64,000 nt of DNA from Camelus dromedarius (GCF_036321535.1 NC_087437.1:119538001-119602000); one strand, 5' to 3'; positions 25,329 to 38,392 are shown, numbered from the stretch's first letter. Notes: generated from the sequence alone by a model not told the origin. A program made the numbers and translations.

Positions 25329-27280
25329 GAGGCCAGACACAGCCACGTGAGCATCCTGGGCCCGGAGAGGGTCTTTACGGGGAATCGCCTTCGGCGCATT
25401 TACGGAGGCTGATAGAGCCGTCCGTCCCTCCTCAAAGCCACATTTCTGACTGTGCTAAATTAAGGTCGGGCACGGATTGAGTGCTGAGCTCCCTTGGGAT
25501 CACAGAATATAAATACGGACGCTGCCGCTCCAGGGACCTCGTGGAAACCTGGTCTCCCAGCCTGGAGCAACAGCAGCAGGGGTCCCTCCCTGATTCCTGG
25601 ATACGGGCCAGCACATCTGTGTCTGAGCTGCCAGAGAGGCCTGGCCGGGCTGGGGCGGGGATCGCGGCCCTTTAAACAGTGAAACCCAAGCACAGGGGGA
25701 GAGCCGTCTGGAGTCCTGAGTGCAGGGCGGCTGGGACGTGCCCTCCGGAGAAAACACGTGTTCAGGTGAGCGTCAGTCGGGAGTGAGTACAGGGCTGCCT
25801 GCCTGAGTTCAATGTTAACGAAACAACAATTTAGACTATATAAGTTGTCTTTAAACAGAGTCACACATCAAGCAAGGTCACATGTTGGTCGGTTGACGAA
25901 ATTGGCCAAGAGGCGGTTGGACACCTAGCCCTGCCTTTCCCCCATCACAGTGGTTCAGTATTTGCTAATTCAGGGTTGATGAGCTCACAGAATAACTGGA
26001 CAGAGAGGATTCTAAGGGAGGAGGTGGGGTGGGTGGAGGGGAGGTGGAGGAGGGGAGGGGGAGGGGCACTAAGGGTAGAGGTGGGGTGGGCAGGGGAGTG
26101 GGAGGGGTGGGCAATGAGAAGAGAATTCCTGGAGAAGAACTCAGGGCTCCTGCACCCAGAGGTCAGCGGGCACCATGTGCCTGCTTGCAGCCGGGGAACA
26201 GGGGGCTTGAAGCCAGGAGTTTCCACCAGCCCTGCGTGTCCAGGAGGAGGGCCATGAATAACTCACGTGTCCAAGACCCTCTCCCAAACACGCAAATGCG
26301 GGGGCCTAACTTGGCTCTGTGAGGCAGGGCTGACTCAGGAACACGCACACTGCACAGCGAGGACAAACTTGAGAGGGACACGCACCCAGTGACAGATCAA
26401 TCCACAGATGTCGAGTCTGTCTCCCCCAGCCACCGGCCTTGAGTGTTTCAGAGCCCGTGTTCCAACAAGAGACGCTGTTTTACGGAGCTTCTGTGTTCAT
26501 TGTTGGCAAGATAAAGACCCGACAGGGGCATGAGGCCATATAGGGGCCCCTTCTCAAAACAGGGGTCCTGAGAGGTGATGTGGGGCCAAGAGCCTTCCCT
26601 GAAGAAGCAATTTTTAAAATCCCCACTTTCAGTGCAAAGCCAGTGCCGCCGGTCCCTCCCCCACCCCGAAGGAGAGGGCTTGGATTTCCAGGATGCTGGG
26701 TGCACCCAGGCTGGACCAGGAGTCAGGGGAGAGGCAGAGGCCACAAAAAGGCTGGCCTGGGGTCACCCTCCCCGCACTCCCACTCCTGAGCTATAGACGC
26801 CTTCACCGAGATGCCAGAAACACCTTTCACACAATGACCTTCCCGCAAGCTGCGTAAAAGCCTTGATGAGAGCTGTCAGCCTCCCCTCCGGAAGAGCTTC
26901 TCACGGCTGCACGTTGGCGCAGCTGCCAGGGGAGAAGGCGTGGAAGCAAGTGCCCGGGAGCATTGGGAGCTAACCTAGCCCAGGCCCCTCACCTGTGGGA
27001 GAGATGCTCGGCCGCCTTGTGCTCGTTTTAATAGCAGGTGGTCTGTGAGGCACTGGGTAGCAGTAAAGCAGCTTCGTAATTGCAATGTGAAATGGTGTGT
27101 TGCTCCAGGAGGTTTTTAGGGCTAAAGTCATTTGAGTTTTTATACAAACGACTGGGCTTGGGCGTTATAAAGTGATGGTGGATCCTGAAATTTCTCACGT
27201 GCGATGCTTTATTGCTGCCACGTGGCCCGAACGCACTAGAAGAACTCTTGCTCTCGTAGCAAATGGAAGAGTATTAAGTT

Positions 27281-27346
27281 ACACTCACACTCACACATGC
27301 ACACTGTCTCCTCACACACCCACCCCCCCACGCACACCCCCCCACA

Positions 27347-27384
<38 letters not shown>

Positions 27385-27543
27385 CCCACACACACACACA
27401 CACACACAAACACACAAACACACACACACCCCCACACACCCACCCACCCCCACACGCACACCCTCCCACACACACACCCTCCCACACACACACACCCACA
27501 CACCCACAAACACACACACAAACACACACACACACACACACAC
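27281..27543. repeat. Compound imperfect (CA)n microsatellite just downstream of the TFF2 poly(A) site
   Basis: ~260 bp of CA/CCCA/CAAA units. Confidence 0.95.
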
Positions 27544-27606
27544 TGCCATTGCCACCTCTGTGTCAATGAAGCCAAGATGAAATTGTAGCAGATTGTAAGA
27601 GTTTTC

Positions 27607-27612
27607 TTTATT
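27607..27612 (-). terminator. TFF2: TFF2 polyadenylation signal AATAAA
   Basis: tttatt on +, ~155 nt downstream of the stop. Confidence 0.85.
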
Positions 27613-27767
27613 CAAAGAATTTGTCTGTTAAACCACTGAGAAGGGGAAAAAGCAGAAGACAATCCAAGGGCTCAGGAGCCATGACGCCTGAAGCTGCGGG
27701 CCGGTGCGCGTCCTCCTGCTGCAGGGCCTGCAAGGAGCCAGGCGGGCTTTTCCGAAGCCACTGCCTC

Positions 27768-27781
27768 TTAATAATGACAGT
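27768..27781 (-). CDS. TFF2: Trefoil factor 2, coding exon 4: (D)CHY-stop
   Basis: cttccag|AC TGT CAT TAT TAA; DCHY is the conserved TFF2 C-terminus. Confidence 0.96.
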
Positions 27782-28622
27782 CTGGAAGTGAAATGGGGGA
27801 CGGTGGGTGAGGACCACGGGGAGCGGGGGGCCTGTGCTAAGAGTCTGCGGGTTCGCGCGACCACGGCCCTTACTCCTGCCGACCCCACCGGAGAAGGAGC
27901 TGCCGAGGGGACACGGTCCCCTGGGGCCGGGTGCCATTCTCCCCAGTTAACTGGTAGCTTTCCAGGTAGACCCTTAGGTCACACACAAAAAATCACTTGG
28001 ATATTTCTGAGCCACGGCTGTGCTCTTCAGAACATCCCGATTTCCTAACTGTGGAGAGGCGTCCTCCAAGGTCGGTGCTCTCTGCCCGTCTTGTGGAAAT
28101 ACCGGGTCTCTCCTGGCCCTGGCAAACTCAGTGTCAGGGACACACTGCAACTAAGGGAGTCGGGGACATGGGCCTCCGGGGACTGGCGCCGGGGCGGGAC
28201 CTCTTGTCGCAGGGGACAGCAGCGCGGTCCACGAAGGGAAGGACCACGTCTGCTTTCCCCGAGTCCCGCCCCGGTGCCCAGCACAGCACCTGACGTTCAG
28301 AAGCTCCAAAAGTAGTGATGCCACCAGCGGCGGGGCCCAGGGGCGTGGCCGAGGCCGAGTCACAGGAGACGTAACGAGGAGGCCAGAGGCTTTAACTTGT
28401 TAAAAAGCTGTCATTTTCGGGAACTTTCTGGACTTGCCTTCAGAGCTGGTTCCCAGTAAAGGCAGGTTCCCACATCAGGGAGGATGTTTTTCCTGCACTG
28501 GCCGCCACTGGGTTCAGGCACCGGGCCTGGGCTGCAGCAGGCCTCCTGTCTGGCCCGACACCTCCCCACCCCAGGTCCCCCCCTCCCCCGAGACCCATCT
28601 GTGCCCGGGGGCCCGACGTCAC

Positions 28623-28769
28623 CTTCCACGGAGAGCGGGAAGAAGCACCAGGGCACATCCCGGATGGCGTCGGAGAAGCAGCACTCCCGAGCCGTGCAGT
28701 TCTCGGGGCTGATGCCCGGGAAGCCACAGTCCTTGCGGGCGGAGACCTCCATGACGCACTCCTCCAACT
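28623..28769 (-). CDS. TFF2: Trefoil factor 2, coding exon 3 (second trefoil domain, 147 nt)
   Basis: (E)LEECVMEVSARKDCGFPGISPENCTARECCFSDAIRDVPWCFFPLSVE; gcag acceptor, gtgacg donor. Confidence 0.97.
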
Positions 28770-29420
28770 CTGCCGCGCGGCGCCGGTTTGGGAACAGCAT
28801 GGGGACCCGGTTAGGCCGGCTGGCTCCCCAGACACGTCTGCTCCCTCCTCCCAGGGGAGCGCCGCTGGGCTCCCGGGCTGGGGGGGCGGGGCTCGGGGGC
28901 TTCCGGGATGGTCACCCTGGGACTAAGTGTGAGCACCGCGAGGGGCCACCCCCTCCTCCCGACAGAGGCCAAAGGTCAGGGGAGCTGGCGTCCCGGGGCC
29001 TTGGGACAGTCGCTTCGCCTCCCTGGACCAGACATTGCTCTGTGAAGCGGGCGGCCCACTGTCACCCCTGGGAGGACCCTGTAAGGATGTGAAGCATTTG
29101 ACCAAAGTACTGAAACCCAGCAATACTCCCACTACTCGGAGAGCCCTGGCCACGAGCGGCCCCACAACCAGCCGCTGGTCTTGGGTCCTCCGGAGCCTGG
29201 GCGCCTCTGAGCCGCGTTCCTGGAGCCAGCGAGTGGACAGGAGGCTGCGGGGCCCGAGCTCCACACACACTTTTTTGTGTGTAACCCTTGGAATCAGTGA
29301 CTTTCCAACTTGATAATGTGCACAAATATAAAACTCATCCTGAAAAGGTAACCCTAGAACTTACAGTAACTTAATTTCTTAACATCTGGAGTCTGTGTGC
29401 AGCTGTGTTAATATTTTCCT

Positions 29421-29582
29421 GGGGGGGAAAAGGTCTAGCTCAGTGGTAGAGTGTGCTTGGCATCCACAAGGTCCTGGGTTCAATCCCCAGGCCCTCCGTT
29501 AAAAAAAATAATAATAAAAATAAATAAATAAATGAACCTGATTACCTCCCCCTCGTTCCCCCCCCCAAAAACAGAAAGAAAC
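29421..29582 (+). mobile_element. tRNA-derived SINE (Vic-1-like) in TFF2 intron 2, antisense to the gene
   Basis: agctcagtggtagagtg...ggtcctgggttcaatcccc...aataaataaa...attacctcccc. Confidence 0.88.
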
Positions 29583-29788
29583 ACTGACTGACACCTTCAT
29601 GTCCCTTAGAAGCTTTTTCAGGAACTACACCTTAACAGCCAAGAGGGGCTTGAGAATTGGTTTTTCCTCAAATACAGTAAAACGTGGGTCCCCACAAGTC
29701 TGCAGGAAGGGCAAATGGCTGACCCTTGGGGTCCAGTGTGGACATGGGGGCCGGGGGCACAGGAGGGTCCCGGCTGTCTGGTGCGTAC

Positions 29789-29938
29789 CTTGCTTTGGGA
29801 GGGGCTCGAAGCACCAGGGGACCCCGGGGACGTCGGAGTTGAAACAGCAGCCCCTGGTGAAGCACTGGTCGCTGGAGATGCCAGGGAAGCCGCAGTTCTC
29901 CCGGTTGGCAGGGCTGATGCGGGAACACTGGCAGGGGT
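29789..29938 (-). CDS. TFF2: Trefoil factor 2, coding exon 2 (first trefoil domain, 150 nt)
   Basis: (D)PCQCSRISPANRENCGFPGISSDQCFTRGCCFNSDVPGVPWCFEPLPKQ; cgcag acceptor, gtacgc donor. Confidence 0.98.
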
Positions 29939-30541
29939 CTGCGGGGACGCGCGTCAGCCAGCCCGCCCTCGGCTCAGCCGGGCACTCCCTCCCTGGGACG
30001 GGCGGCGCTCTCGCTCCCATGTGTGAACCGCGCAATGTCCTTCAGCTGACTGGGCTCAGCTGAAGGTGGCTTATTTGTTAAAACCAAACAAACGAAAATC
30101 CCTTCTGGTAAGAGGGGTGGACAGGTGGACTCAGGCCAAGGTCAGGGTGAAAGCGAGCCAGGCAGGCCCTCCAGGAGCCCGTCCTCGGGCTGGCGCACCC
30201 GCACCTGCCCTGACCTTCCCAAAGGGGCCTTCCTGGGAGGCCCCACCCCCGCCCCCAGCCCCCATCCCACTGTCCTTCCGGAAGGGCGCCAAAGCAGGTG
30301 AGCGTGAGCGGGCTCTGGCTATGTGGCCAGCATCCCAGATCTTAGGATGCCTTCCCAGCGGCTTCCCCTCTCAACCTGCCTTTTTTCTGTGAGGGAGCCC
30401 GACGTGAATAGAGACCCACCGAGGGGCAGGAAGGAGGCCCTCACGTGCCCCCGCCGCGCCCCCGGCGCTCGGGCCACTGGAAGCCTCTGGGCTCACTGGC
30501 CCCAGCGCTTCTGGCCGGCGAGACCCCGGGCCCTCACTCAC

Positions 30542-30620
30542 CGGGCTTCTGGGCCCCGGCCGGGGCGCTCAGCCCCAGCGCGAGCAGCGCCGCCAGGAGC
30601 CCCGCGCCACGGGGTCCCAT
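30542..30620 (-). CDS. TFF2: Trefoil factor 2, coding exon 1 (signal peptide, 79 nt)
   Basis: MGPRGAGLLAALLALGLSAPAGAQKP, then G|gtgagt; spliced CDS 79+150+147+14=390 nt = 129 aa + stop. Confidence 0.97.
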
Positions 30621-30690
30621 GTCCACGCTCAGCTGCTCCCCCAGGGCCGCCTGCAGAGAGCGCAGTCCCCAGTCCCCACTGCCTGGGGCG

Positions 30691-30730
30691 TTTTATAAGC
30701 TCCTCTCTGTTTGCTCAGCAAGCAAGATAA
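30691..30730 (-). promoter_or_regulatory. TFF2: TFF2 core promoter: TATAAAA, FOXA site, GATA site
   Basis: TATAAAA 30691-30697; TGTTTGC 30708-30714; AGATAA 30725-30730. Confidence 0.8.
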
Positions 30731-32089
30731 CCCCCTCTCTCCCCGCACCACCAGCGCTTAGGGGCCTTTGTTAGGAAAAGGAGCTGAGATGGCTCTGCTG
30801 GGAGGCCAAGCGGTGACAGGGCAGGGAGGCTTCCGGGCTGGGGGCGCCGACCTCCCCGTGAGCGCACAGCCAGGCCTCCCTCTACCCGGGCGGGGATCCG
30901 GGTCGTGCCAAGGTGCTGACGTGGAGGGCGGGCCGCGTGGGCGTCTGGCGCTGGGCGCTGGCACAGTTGCACCCCGGGAGGGATAAGGTCTGTATTTCTC
31001 CTGATAAAGTACGTGGCTAACGGAGGAATGTTTGCCACATTGGGCCCAAGCCTACTGCAGACAACGCCTGGGCCGGCTGCAGGCAGAGAAGCCCCCTCCA
31101 CCAGGAACCGTGGACCCCCCTCCAAGCTCCTCGTCTGCATCTCCTTGTCTCCGTCTTGGGGAGGGGGGCACTCTCCATGGAGATGAGGCTGACGAGGGAA
31201 AGACACAGTCCTGGATGAGTGTAAAAGCATCAAGTTAACTTCGGCAAACACTGAAGTTTGTCATTTTTTCCTTCCGTGGAAACTGTCTGTGTTTATTAAA
31301 AGATGGTGTCTGTGAACCAGCCCGTGCCTGGGGAGAAGGTGCTCTGTGGAAGGGCGTCTGTGGACCCAGAGAGAGAAAGGAGAAGCAGAGAGGAGACACC
31401 CAAGGGACGAGAGGACCGTAAACCACGCCCCCAAACCCCACCAGCGAGGGGCTTACTGGAGCCACCAGTCTGTCATGCTGGGCTCGAGCTGCTGGGAACC
31501 CAGAGATGTTTGGTACCCCAAAACCCAGGGTCCCTGGGTTCTGGAGAGCAGGCCTCTGTGCTCAGAGCTTCTGCCAGCTCCAGCCCCAGCCCCTCCAGAC
31601 CAGTGAGTGACCATCAGGACTTGGCAAACCTTGGAAAAGTCACCCTTCCCTGTCCCGTGTCCCTGTCACCCCGCATCTTCCCTGAGATGCCTCCTTTGCC
31701 CAGGTGGAGGTGCTCAGGCCCCAGCTAGGACACTCTCCACCCATATGGTGCTTGTGTGCACATTAGAAGAAGGCACATTTTCCTCAAGACAAGTTACTTC
31801 CACCTGCAGGGAAGTCCTCACGACCGGTGTGATGTCTACACTGTGAGTGGCTCCCCAGCTGGATGTGGCTGTGTGCCCAGCACAACCTCTGTGGGTGTAT
31901 CGGGTGGTCATGCTCCCATCACAGGGGCTCGGGCGGGGGCTGGACCTCGACCTTGAGTTCCAGCGTCTCACACAGCCTGTGCTCCTTGGAGATGCAGCTA
32001 TGACTGGACCATTCTCAGCGCTCCCTGCCGCGCTGTCATCCACTGGCCGTCAGTCTGTTCCTTTGTTAAGTGTTTAGCATTGAGCAGTA

Positions 32090-32750
32090 TAAGCTCTCCA
32101 AACTGGGGCACAGAGAGAAAAAGGGCTGAAAAAAATCAACAGAACCTCCGTGACCCGTGACGTGTGTTAGTGTCAGCAGACTGACTAACATGCATGCAAT
32201 TAGGGTACCAGCTGGAGAGGAAGAAATATTTGGGCAAGAAAAAGTATTCGAAAAAAATAATGGCCAATGTTTAGGCCAAACTTGATGAAAAATACAAACT
32301 CACATATCCTAGAAGCTCAGTAAACGCAAGAAAAGAAAACCACATCAAGGCACAGCATGATCGAATTGTTGGAAATAAGTAAGTTTAAAATATTTTTACA
32401 GCAACTGGCAAAAAGACGCTACTTACAGGGGAGAATTACGAGTGACCTCTCAACTGAAACACTGTGATCTGGACGGCAGCGGAATGACAACTTTAAAGTT
32501 CTAAAAGCAATAGAAAACCCTGTCAAGTCAGAATTTTATACTCACTGAAAATATCCTTCAAACACAAAGGCAAAATACTTTCTAAAATAGATTTTATTTT
32601 TTTAGAGCAACTCTAGCAGAATTGAGCAGAAAGTACAGAGATTTCAAAATATGTTTTTAGGCAAACAAAAGCAGAAAGCATGTCACCTGCAAATCTGTCC
32701 TCCAAGGAATCTTAAGAAGGTTGTTCAGGCTGAAGCTTGGGAGTCCCTTG
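32090..32750 (+). mobile_element. L1 ORF1-region remnant
   Basis: agaagctcagtaaacgcaag...accacatcaaggcacagcatgatc...agaattttatactcactgaaaatatccttcaaa. Confidence 0.8.
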
Positions 32751-34437
32751 ATGCAGGTGCGAGTTCTCCAGGCTGCTGCCAACACTCCCCGCCGGGCTGG
32801 ATTTACTCAGAGAGAGCGCCGTCCAGACTCTGTGCGTACCTCCCAGTCCAGTCTCATGGTTTCTCGCTTGGTTTGCTACAGCCATCTCCCAACTAGTCTC
32901 TCAGCCACAAAGTTTTGTCCCCATCCAGACAAAAATCTGCTGTCTTAATTACCTTTATAAAGTGACAATCTATATAGGTCGCTCCCCGCCACTCCCTCGC
33001 TCTTCCCAGCCTTAACGGAAAAGACCGAGTATGAGCTTCTTGCGTATGAAAAGCAAGACCCTTCATGAACCGGCCTCCACGCACCCCATCCTCTTCGATC
33101 GCCAGGTCAGCTTCGTAATGTGAGCATCTTGCCCTCTGGACACACCCTGACCTCTGACCTTTGGCTGTGTGCCCCCTTCTCTCTGCACTGCCCTTCCCCC
33201 AGCTTTTTGGCTTGCTGACTCCTGTCTGTCCTTCAGCTCTTAGCTCAGAAGCCCCCTCTTGTGGGAAGGCCTCCTCTGCTTCCCTTGAGAGAAGACGGGT
33301 GCCCTTCACCCCTTCTCCTTGCATCCTTCTTTCCCCTGATTCACAGCACCAGCCACCCCTGCACTCTAAGTGGAGTTTTTCTCTTCTGGTTCCTTTATGA
33401 ATTAACAAGCCAAGACTGTGGGCCAACTTGGTGCCAGATGAGATTCTAAGAGTCTCACACACTACACCTCATTTAATTCTTATGACAACCTAAAGGAAGA
33501 GCTAAAATGAGACCCCCATTTTATCGTCTACACGGGCAAAACAGTTCCCCAGACAACACAGAAAGGAAGTGCAGGGCGACATCCAGAGACGGGCCTATGG
33601 CTCATTCATTTTGAATCCCCAGAACTAAACTCAGTGTCTGCACAAACTAGACTTACTCAGAGAGGGGGTGTGGGGTGGCGAAACAGGTAATTGACATCCA
33701 GGAGATGAGGAGCAGGAGTCGGCCACCTCGCGTCGCCCGTCACCCAGAGCTCCTTCTGGAACTCATAGCATAACGCCTGGAGGCAGATGCACGCGTTAAG
33801 GCAAGCCTCTCCGCGACTCTGGGTTACTCTTCTCATCTGTAAAAGGAGACGTGGAATGAGGGCTCACTAAATGCTCTCCAAGATCTCACACACCTCGTAA
33901 AACCTCGAAAGCATCCTGCCATTGTCATCAGTGGAAAAAGTATTTTTATTACCAACATTTACATGCCCAGTGTTCCTAAATGTAGAAGGTGGGGCTGAAC
34001 GACGTGCAAATCCAGTTTGTCTCCAGTTTCTGGAGTCTGGCTGTGCTCAGCAGCAGAGTGGGTAAATCCTAGACTCTTAAAGCCCAGGACTTAATTTATC
34101 TACATAATAAAGAACATGACCAAAGCTGGGAGAAGAAATCAACAGTTGAACGGATGCTAATGAGAATTTGATACAGGGTTTGGAAAGGAATGAAATTAGA
34201 GATGTCTTGCTGAGTTGTAGTTGAGGATATAATTGGATGGACATAAACTTTAGCATTTTTCAATATGTTGTGCAGTGTAATTCCTCCTTCTGCAACTTTG
34301 AGGAGCTTGAGGCAAGATTTACATTCCTTCAAAATGTCTCTTTTGTATCTCTTTTGTGCCTGAGCAGGTGCTGGCCAGTCTTAAAACTTAAAAATACTTA
34401 AACCATCTAGTTCACCACGTGTCAAGGAGAAATGACA

Positions 34438-34655
34438 TAGGAGGAGCTGGCAAACTATGGCCCGTGAGCTCATTGCCTGTGTTGAAATAAAACTTTATTA
34501 AAATTCACCCATGGCCACTCATTTACATACCAGCTCGGTGAATTCTGAGCTATGACAGCAGAGGTGATTAACTGTGGCAGAGACTGTGTGGGGGAGCCAC
34601 AAAACCTGAAACATTTGCTCTCTGGCCTTTTAAGAAAAAATCCTGCCTGCCCCTG
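34438..34655 (+). mobile_element. MER58A-like hAT DNA transposon
   Basis: ggagctggcaaactatggccc...aataaaactttatt...tctggccttttaagaaaaaatcctgcctgcccctg. Confidence 0.75.
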
Positions 34656-35928
34656 TATTTTAGTCTTAAAACTTCCTAAAAATGAATTTAAACAAATAAA
34701 AGAGGAGGGAAATATTTGTACATTATTTTATTTATAAATGGAATGGGACAGAAACAACCTCAGAGCGTTTTCCCTTCTACAGTCTGGTCTTGAAAGCAGC
34801 ATATGTAGAACACCGAAGGCCAGGAGACCCCTCCGCACGAGTCTCCCCCGTCTCTGCACGGCTTGTGAAGGAGGCACTGACTGTTCAGACGGTGTAGGAC
34901 CTAAAGTCACAACTGAATGCTAAGTGCTGTCTTGGCGTCCCAAAATTGAGAAGGCCTCCGGTGGCCTGACTGCCAGGTCTCCTCCCACCCTGCACCCACA
35001 GATAAGGCCCCTTCGCCAAACAACCCCCTTATCGACAGGCCAGGCACGGTTCCTGCTGGTCCTGAGCAGTGGATTTCACCTCCCCGCCAGCCCGCAGAGC
35101 TATTCAAACAAGCCAGCCCCATCCTCCTGCCGGAGCCAGCGGGCACCTGCCCTCGCGACACTGCGAAGCCTCCTCCCACGGCCCCTGGGTGTCCTCTGTC
35201 TCCCTGAGTGCGCCCTCCACGTGGCCTGCATGGCGGGACGTCTTCCTCCCCTGGGGTGTGCGATGTGTGGCTCCTAAACTGCTGTTGTCCCAGCTGTCCA
35301 GCTGTGTTGGGTGTCTCAGTTTTCACCATCCTCAGAGCCTTGAGTGGAAATCCCTCCCTCTCCAATGAGATGAATCGGGGGCGAACCAAACAGTTCTTCC
35401 TCCCAGACTGTCTTTGTACCTTGGAAGGTAGATAAGGTGTCTTTCCAGAGCAGAGGGCAGGCACACTTTCTGCCCTTTAAAAGATTTGGGCCCCTTAAGA
35501 GGTCAGGGTTCCTCTCCGGGAACACAACCCCCTGTGTGTGCCGGGACCCATCTCAGCTCACGAGTGTCACCCCTGGAGGACTTGGGGGCAAAGGGAACCG
35601 ACACAAACACTCTGATTCTTACGCAGCTCGCCCTGCGATGAGTAACGAAGTCCTTTATCTCTGAACCAGGCATCTCCTGTCCTCTGCCGGCACCCGTGAC
35701 GCTCTGAGCTTGCAAGCAAGGGAAACTCTCAGCCCTTCTGATGAACTAGGTCAGATGAAGGGTAGAAAAATCCCTTCAGCGTCTGCCTTTGGCACAGATG
35801 TTCCCCACTTTTTAGTTTTGCTCGACCTCGCTGTACCACGTACGTGTGTAGGTATACGTGCCTCTGCCTAATTTAACCTGTTTGCTACTTTCAAAACGTC
35901 CAGCTCAAGGCAATATTAAGAACCATCA

Positions 35929-36101
35929 GGGGGAGGGTGGAGCTCAGTGGTACAGCATGTGCTTAGCATGCACGAGGTCCTGGGTTCAATCCCCAGTGCC
36001 TCCATTAAATAAATAAAGAAATAAACAAATAAACAAACCTAATTTACCCCCCCGAAAAAAATAAAAGGGAAAAGAACATGCTTTTTTTTTTTTTTTAAAA
36101 G
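35929..36101 (+). mobile_element. tRNA-derived SINE (Vic-1-like)
   Basis: A/B boxes; TSD aagaaccatca (35918-35928) / aagaaccatta (36102-36112). Confidence 0.92.
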
Positions 36102-37294
36102 AAGAACCATTAAGCAATACCTTTACAATAATAGTGTCTGTCTTCCCGTGAGTAACTATAATCTACCTGCCCAGGCCTTCAGATGAGTGGCTGTCCCCTA
36201 GCAGCCGCCGTCCCCTCCCCGTGGGCCCCTGTGCTGGCACGGGCCGCGCGTGGGTCTCTTAGCCGATGTGTCCGGCCGGGCTTACCGGCTCTGAGTATTT
36301 CCACAAATGGCCCTGACCCTGCCTGCACTCACTGAAAGGTGACCAAGTTTCCTTCGGTAACAATATCCCCCCCCAGTGACCCTGCAAATAGGATCTGAAA
36401 CCGCAGCCCGGCTTCAGCAGTTGTTTCCTGGTCTGGTCCTTAGTTCAACATGTTCTGAACAGAAGCCTGTTGTTGTGTGGGAAGTTATCTGGAAGCGGTG
36501 ATAACCTCCCAGGGCGCGACAAGCCGCAGAGGGGAAGGGCGCACGGGTCTGACAAAGGTGCATGAGCCGTGGAGTTTATGACTTCAGTCTCCAGCCCGGG
36601 GTGGAAAGTGGGGGGCGGAAGTGGCAGGTTTACACTTTGCACGGGACGCAAGTGTGTGGAAGGACCACATACCTGGATCCTGGGTCCCAGGATGTTCATA
36701 TGTCCTGTCTCGCTAATGCTCAGGAACAAGGAGCAGAATTGGGGTTTGAGCAAAGGGCCAGGAGGTGGACGGGGCCACCACAGACCCAGGCTTTGCTGGG
36801 TCTTAGTCTGAGGCCTAGCACTGTGGGCCAGCTGCAGATCCCGGTTACCCGCAGAGCAGCCTTGCTGTTGGCCTGTACTTCTGGACTGGCACAGGGGGCC
36901 CGACTGGGCCAGGGCAGGGTCACCAGTGGGAGTCTGATGAAGGATGACAGAGCGGTCAGCCTGGAGACGAGCCGCCTGCTCCCTGCAGACTGGCCTCTCC
37001 ACTTTCTCCCGTCCAGAGTGACGCTCTGCCTGCTGCATCCTCTTTGTCGCGTAGCACGCCCTGCAGGTCTCCACCTCACTCGCTGTCGGCACGTCGCACG
37101 GACGTCACCTATGCTTCACGGTCCCCGAGCCCGTGCGCCGTCAGTGCCTGACGCGTTCTCGGTCTCCGGTTACTTCTGCTTCGTCACCGCCTGTAGCAGA
37201 ACTGACTGATCTCGGCAGCAAACCGCCAGGACGGCTGCCCTTCGGCAGCTGCGTGTGTTAGGGCTCCCGGGCTGCAAGGAAAAGACACCAACTG

Positions 37295-37560
37295 GCGTGG
37301 GCTGAGCTGTCTCCCCCAAGTCCGTATGTTGAAGTCTTAACCCTCAGGACCTCATAATGTGACCTCATTTGGAGATCAAATCCCTTAAAAGGTAATTAAG
37401 CTAAAATGAAGTCTTTAGGGAGGAGATGAGGACACAGACCCCAGAGATGACCGTGTGAGGACACAGGAGGGGGTGGCATCTCTACGCCCAGGAGAGAGGC
37501 CTCAGGAGGAAGCAGCCCTGCCCATGCCTGGATCTCGGGCGTCCAGCCTCCAGACTGTGA
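37295..37560 (+). mobile_element. MLT1-type MaLR LTR remnant
   Basis: gtatgttgaagtcttaaccctcaggacctcataatgtgacctcatttggagat...ggagagaggcctcaggaggaagcagccctgccc. Confidence 0.75.
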
Positions 37561-37977
37561 GAGCTTGGGCCCCTGGTGGGGCGTGGCCCGGCCCGCCTCA
37601 GGGCCAGCACTTGCTCCTGTTCCACGGGCCCTCTCCGCACACCCACCCAGCCTGGCCCTGCTCTGGCCCTGCTCCTCAGGCACGTGGGGCGCTGAGCCCA
37701 CCCATAGCTCCTGCATCACACGCTCCTACCTATTCCGTGTCCCCTGCAGGGCTGGCCACAGCCGTGGCTCCTCCCACACCAATTATCCACCAGAAAACCC
37801 CTGACTTCCCCCCCATGAGACATGTCCTGAACTTTTGTCTGAGGCTCCTCAGGGGCATGTGAAGTTCTAGAATGTTCCTGAGTTAGTGGTATCCAGACTG
37901 GAGAGAAAGAGCAGCATGTGGGACATGAAGGCCACCGGGGCCACCACCTGGCCAGTATCTAAAGGCCAGACTAGCCT

Positions 37978-38392
37978 TGTCGACTGAAATAAAATGCACA
38001 ACCAAAAAGCTGAGAGTTACGCTTTATTCGGTGGATGTCCTGAGGACTCGAGCCCAGGACACAGCCTCTCAAGTCGCTCTGAGGGACGCCTCCGAAGAGG
38101 CAGGGGAGGAGCCAGGATATATAGGGTTTTTGCAACAAAGACCAGGTAGTTGGGACATCAAATGTGACTGCTAATCAAATAAAACCAGATATTTCAAGTT
38201 AAGGAATTTAGTGCTTTTCTGTGTGTGGGGAGGTGCAAAGGTCTGGGCCCACTGAAATCGTTCCTTTGATGTGCACCTCAGAACCAGGGCCCGTGTCCTG
38301 TCCTTCCCCGTCTTGAGTTCCCTCCGCGCGCTGACTTGATGGTCACAGCACCCTTCGTTTGCTGATATGACTGGCAATATCTTTCATTCACA
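37978..38392 (-). mobile_element. Solo ERV LTR, family A (related to 62328-62865 and 63718-64000)
   Basis: TG...CA termini; shared blocks ggagccaggatatatagg and gaatttagtgcttttctgtgtgtgggaggtgcaaaggtctgggc; AATAAA and TATA-like elements on minus. Confidence 0.8.

Noticed and set aside
27172..27615. His/Thr-rich and Cys/Val-rich ORFs
   Set aside because: Translations of the (CA)n microsatellite.
35929..36003. tRNA-Ala-like sequences (also ~17934, ~29421, ~57304)
   Set aside because: A-rich tails, shared 3' extensions and TSDs identify them as SINEs, not tRNA genes.
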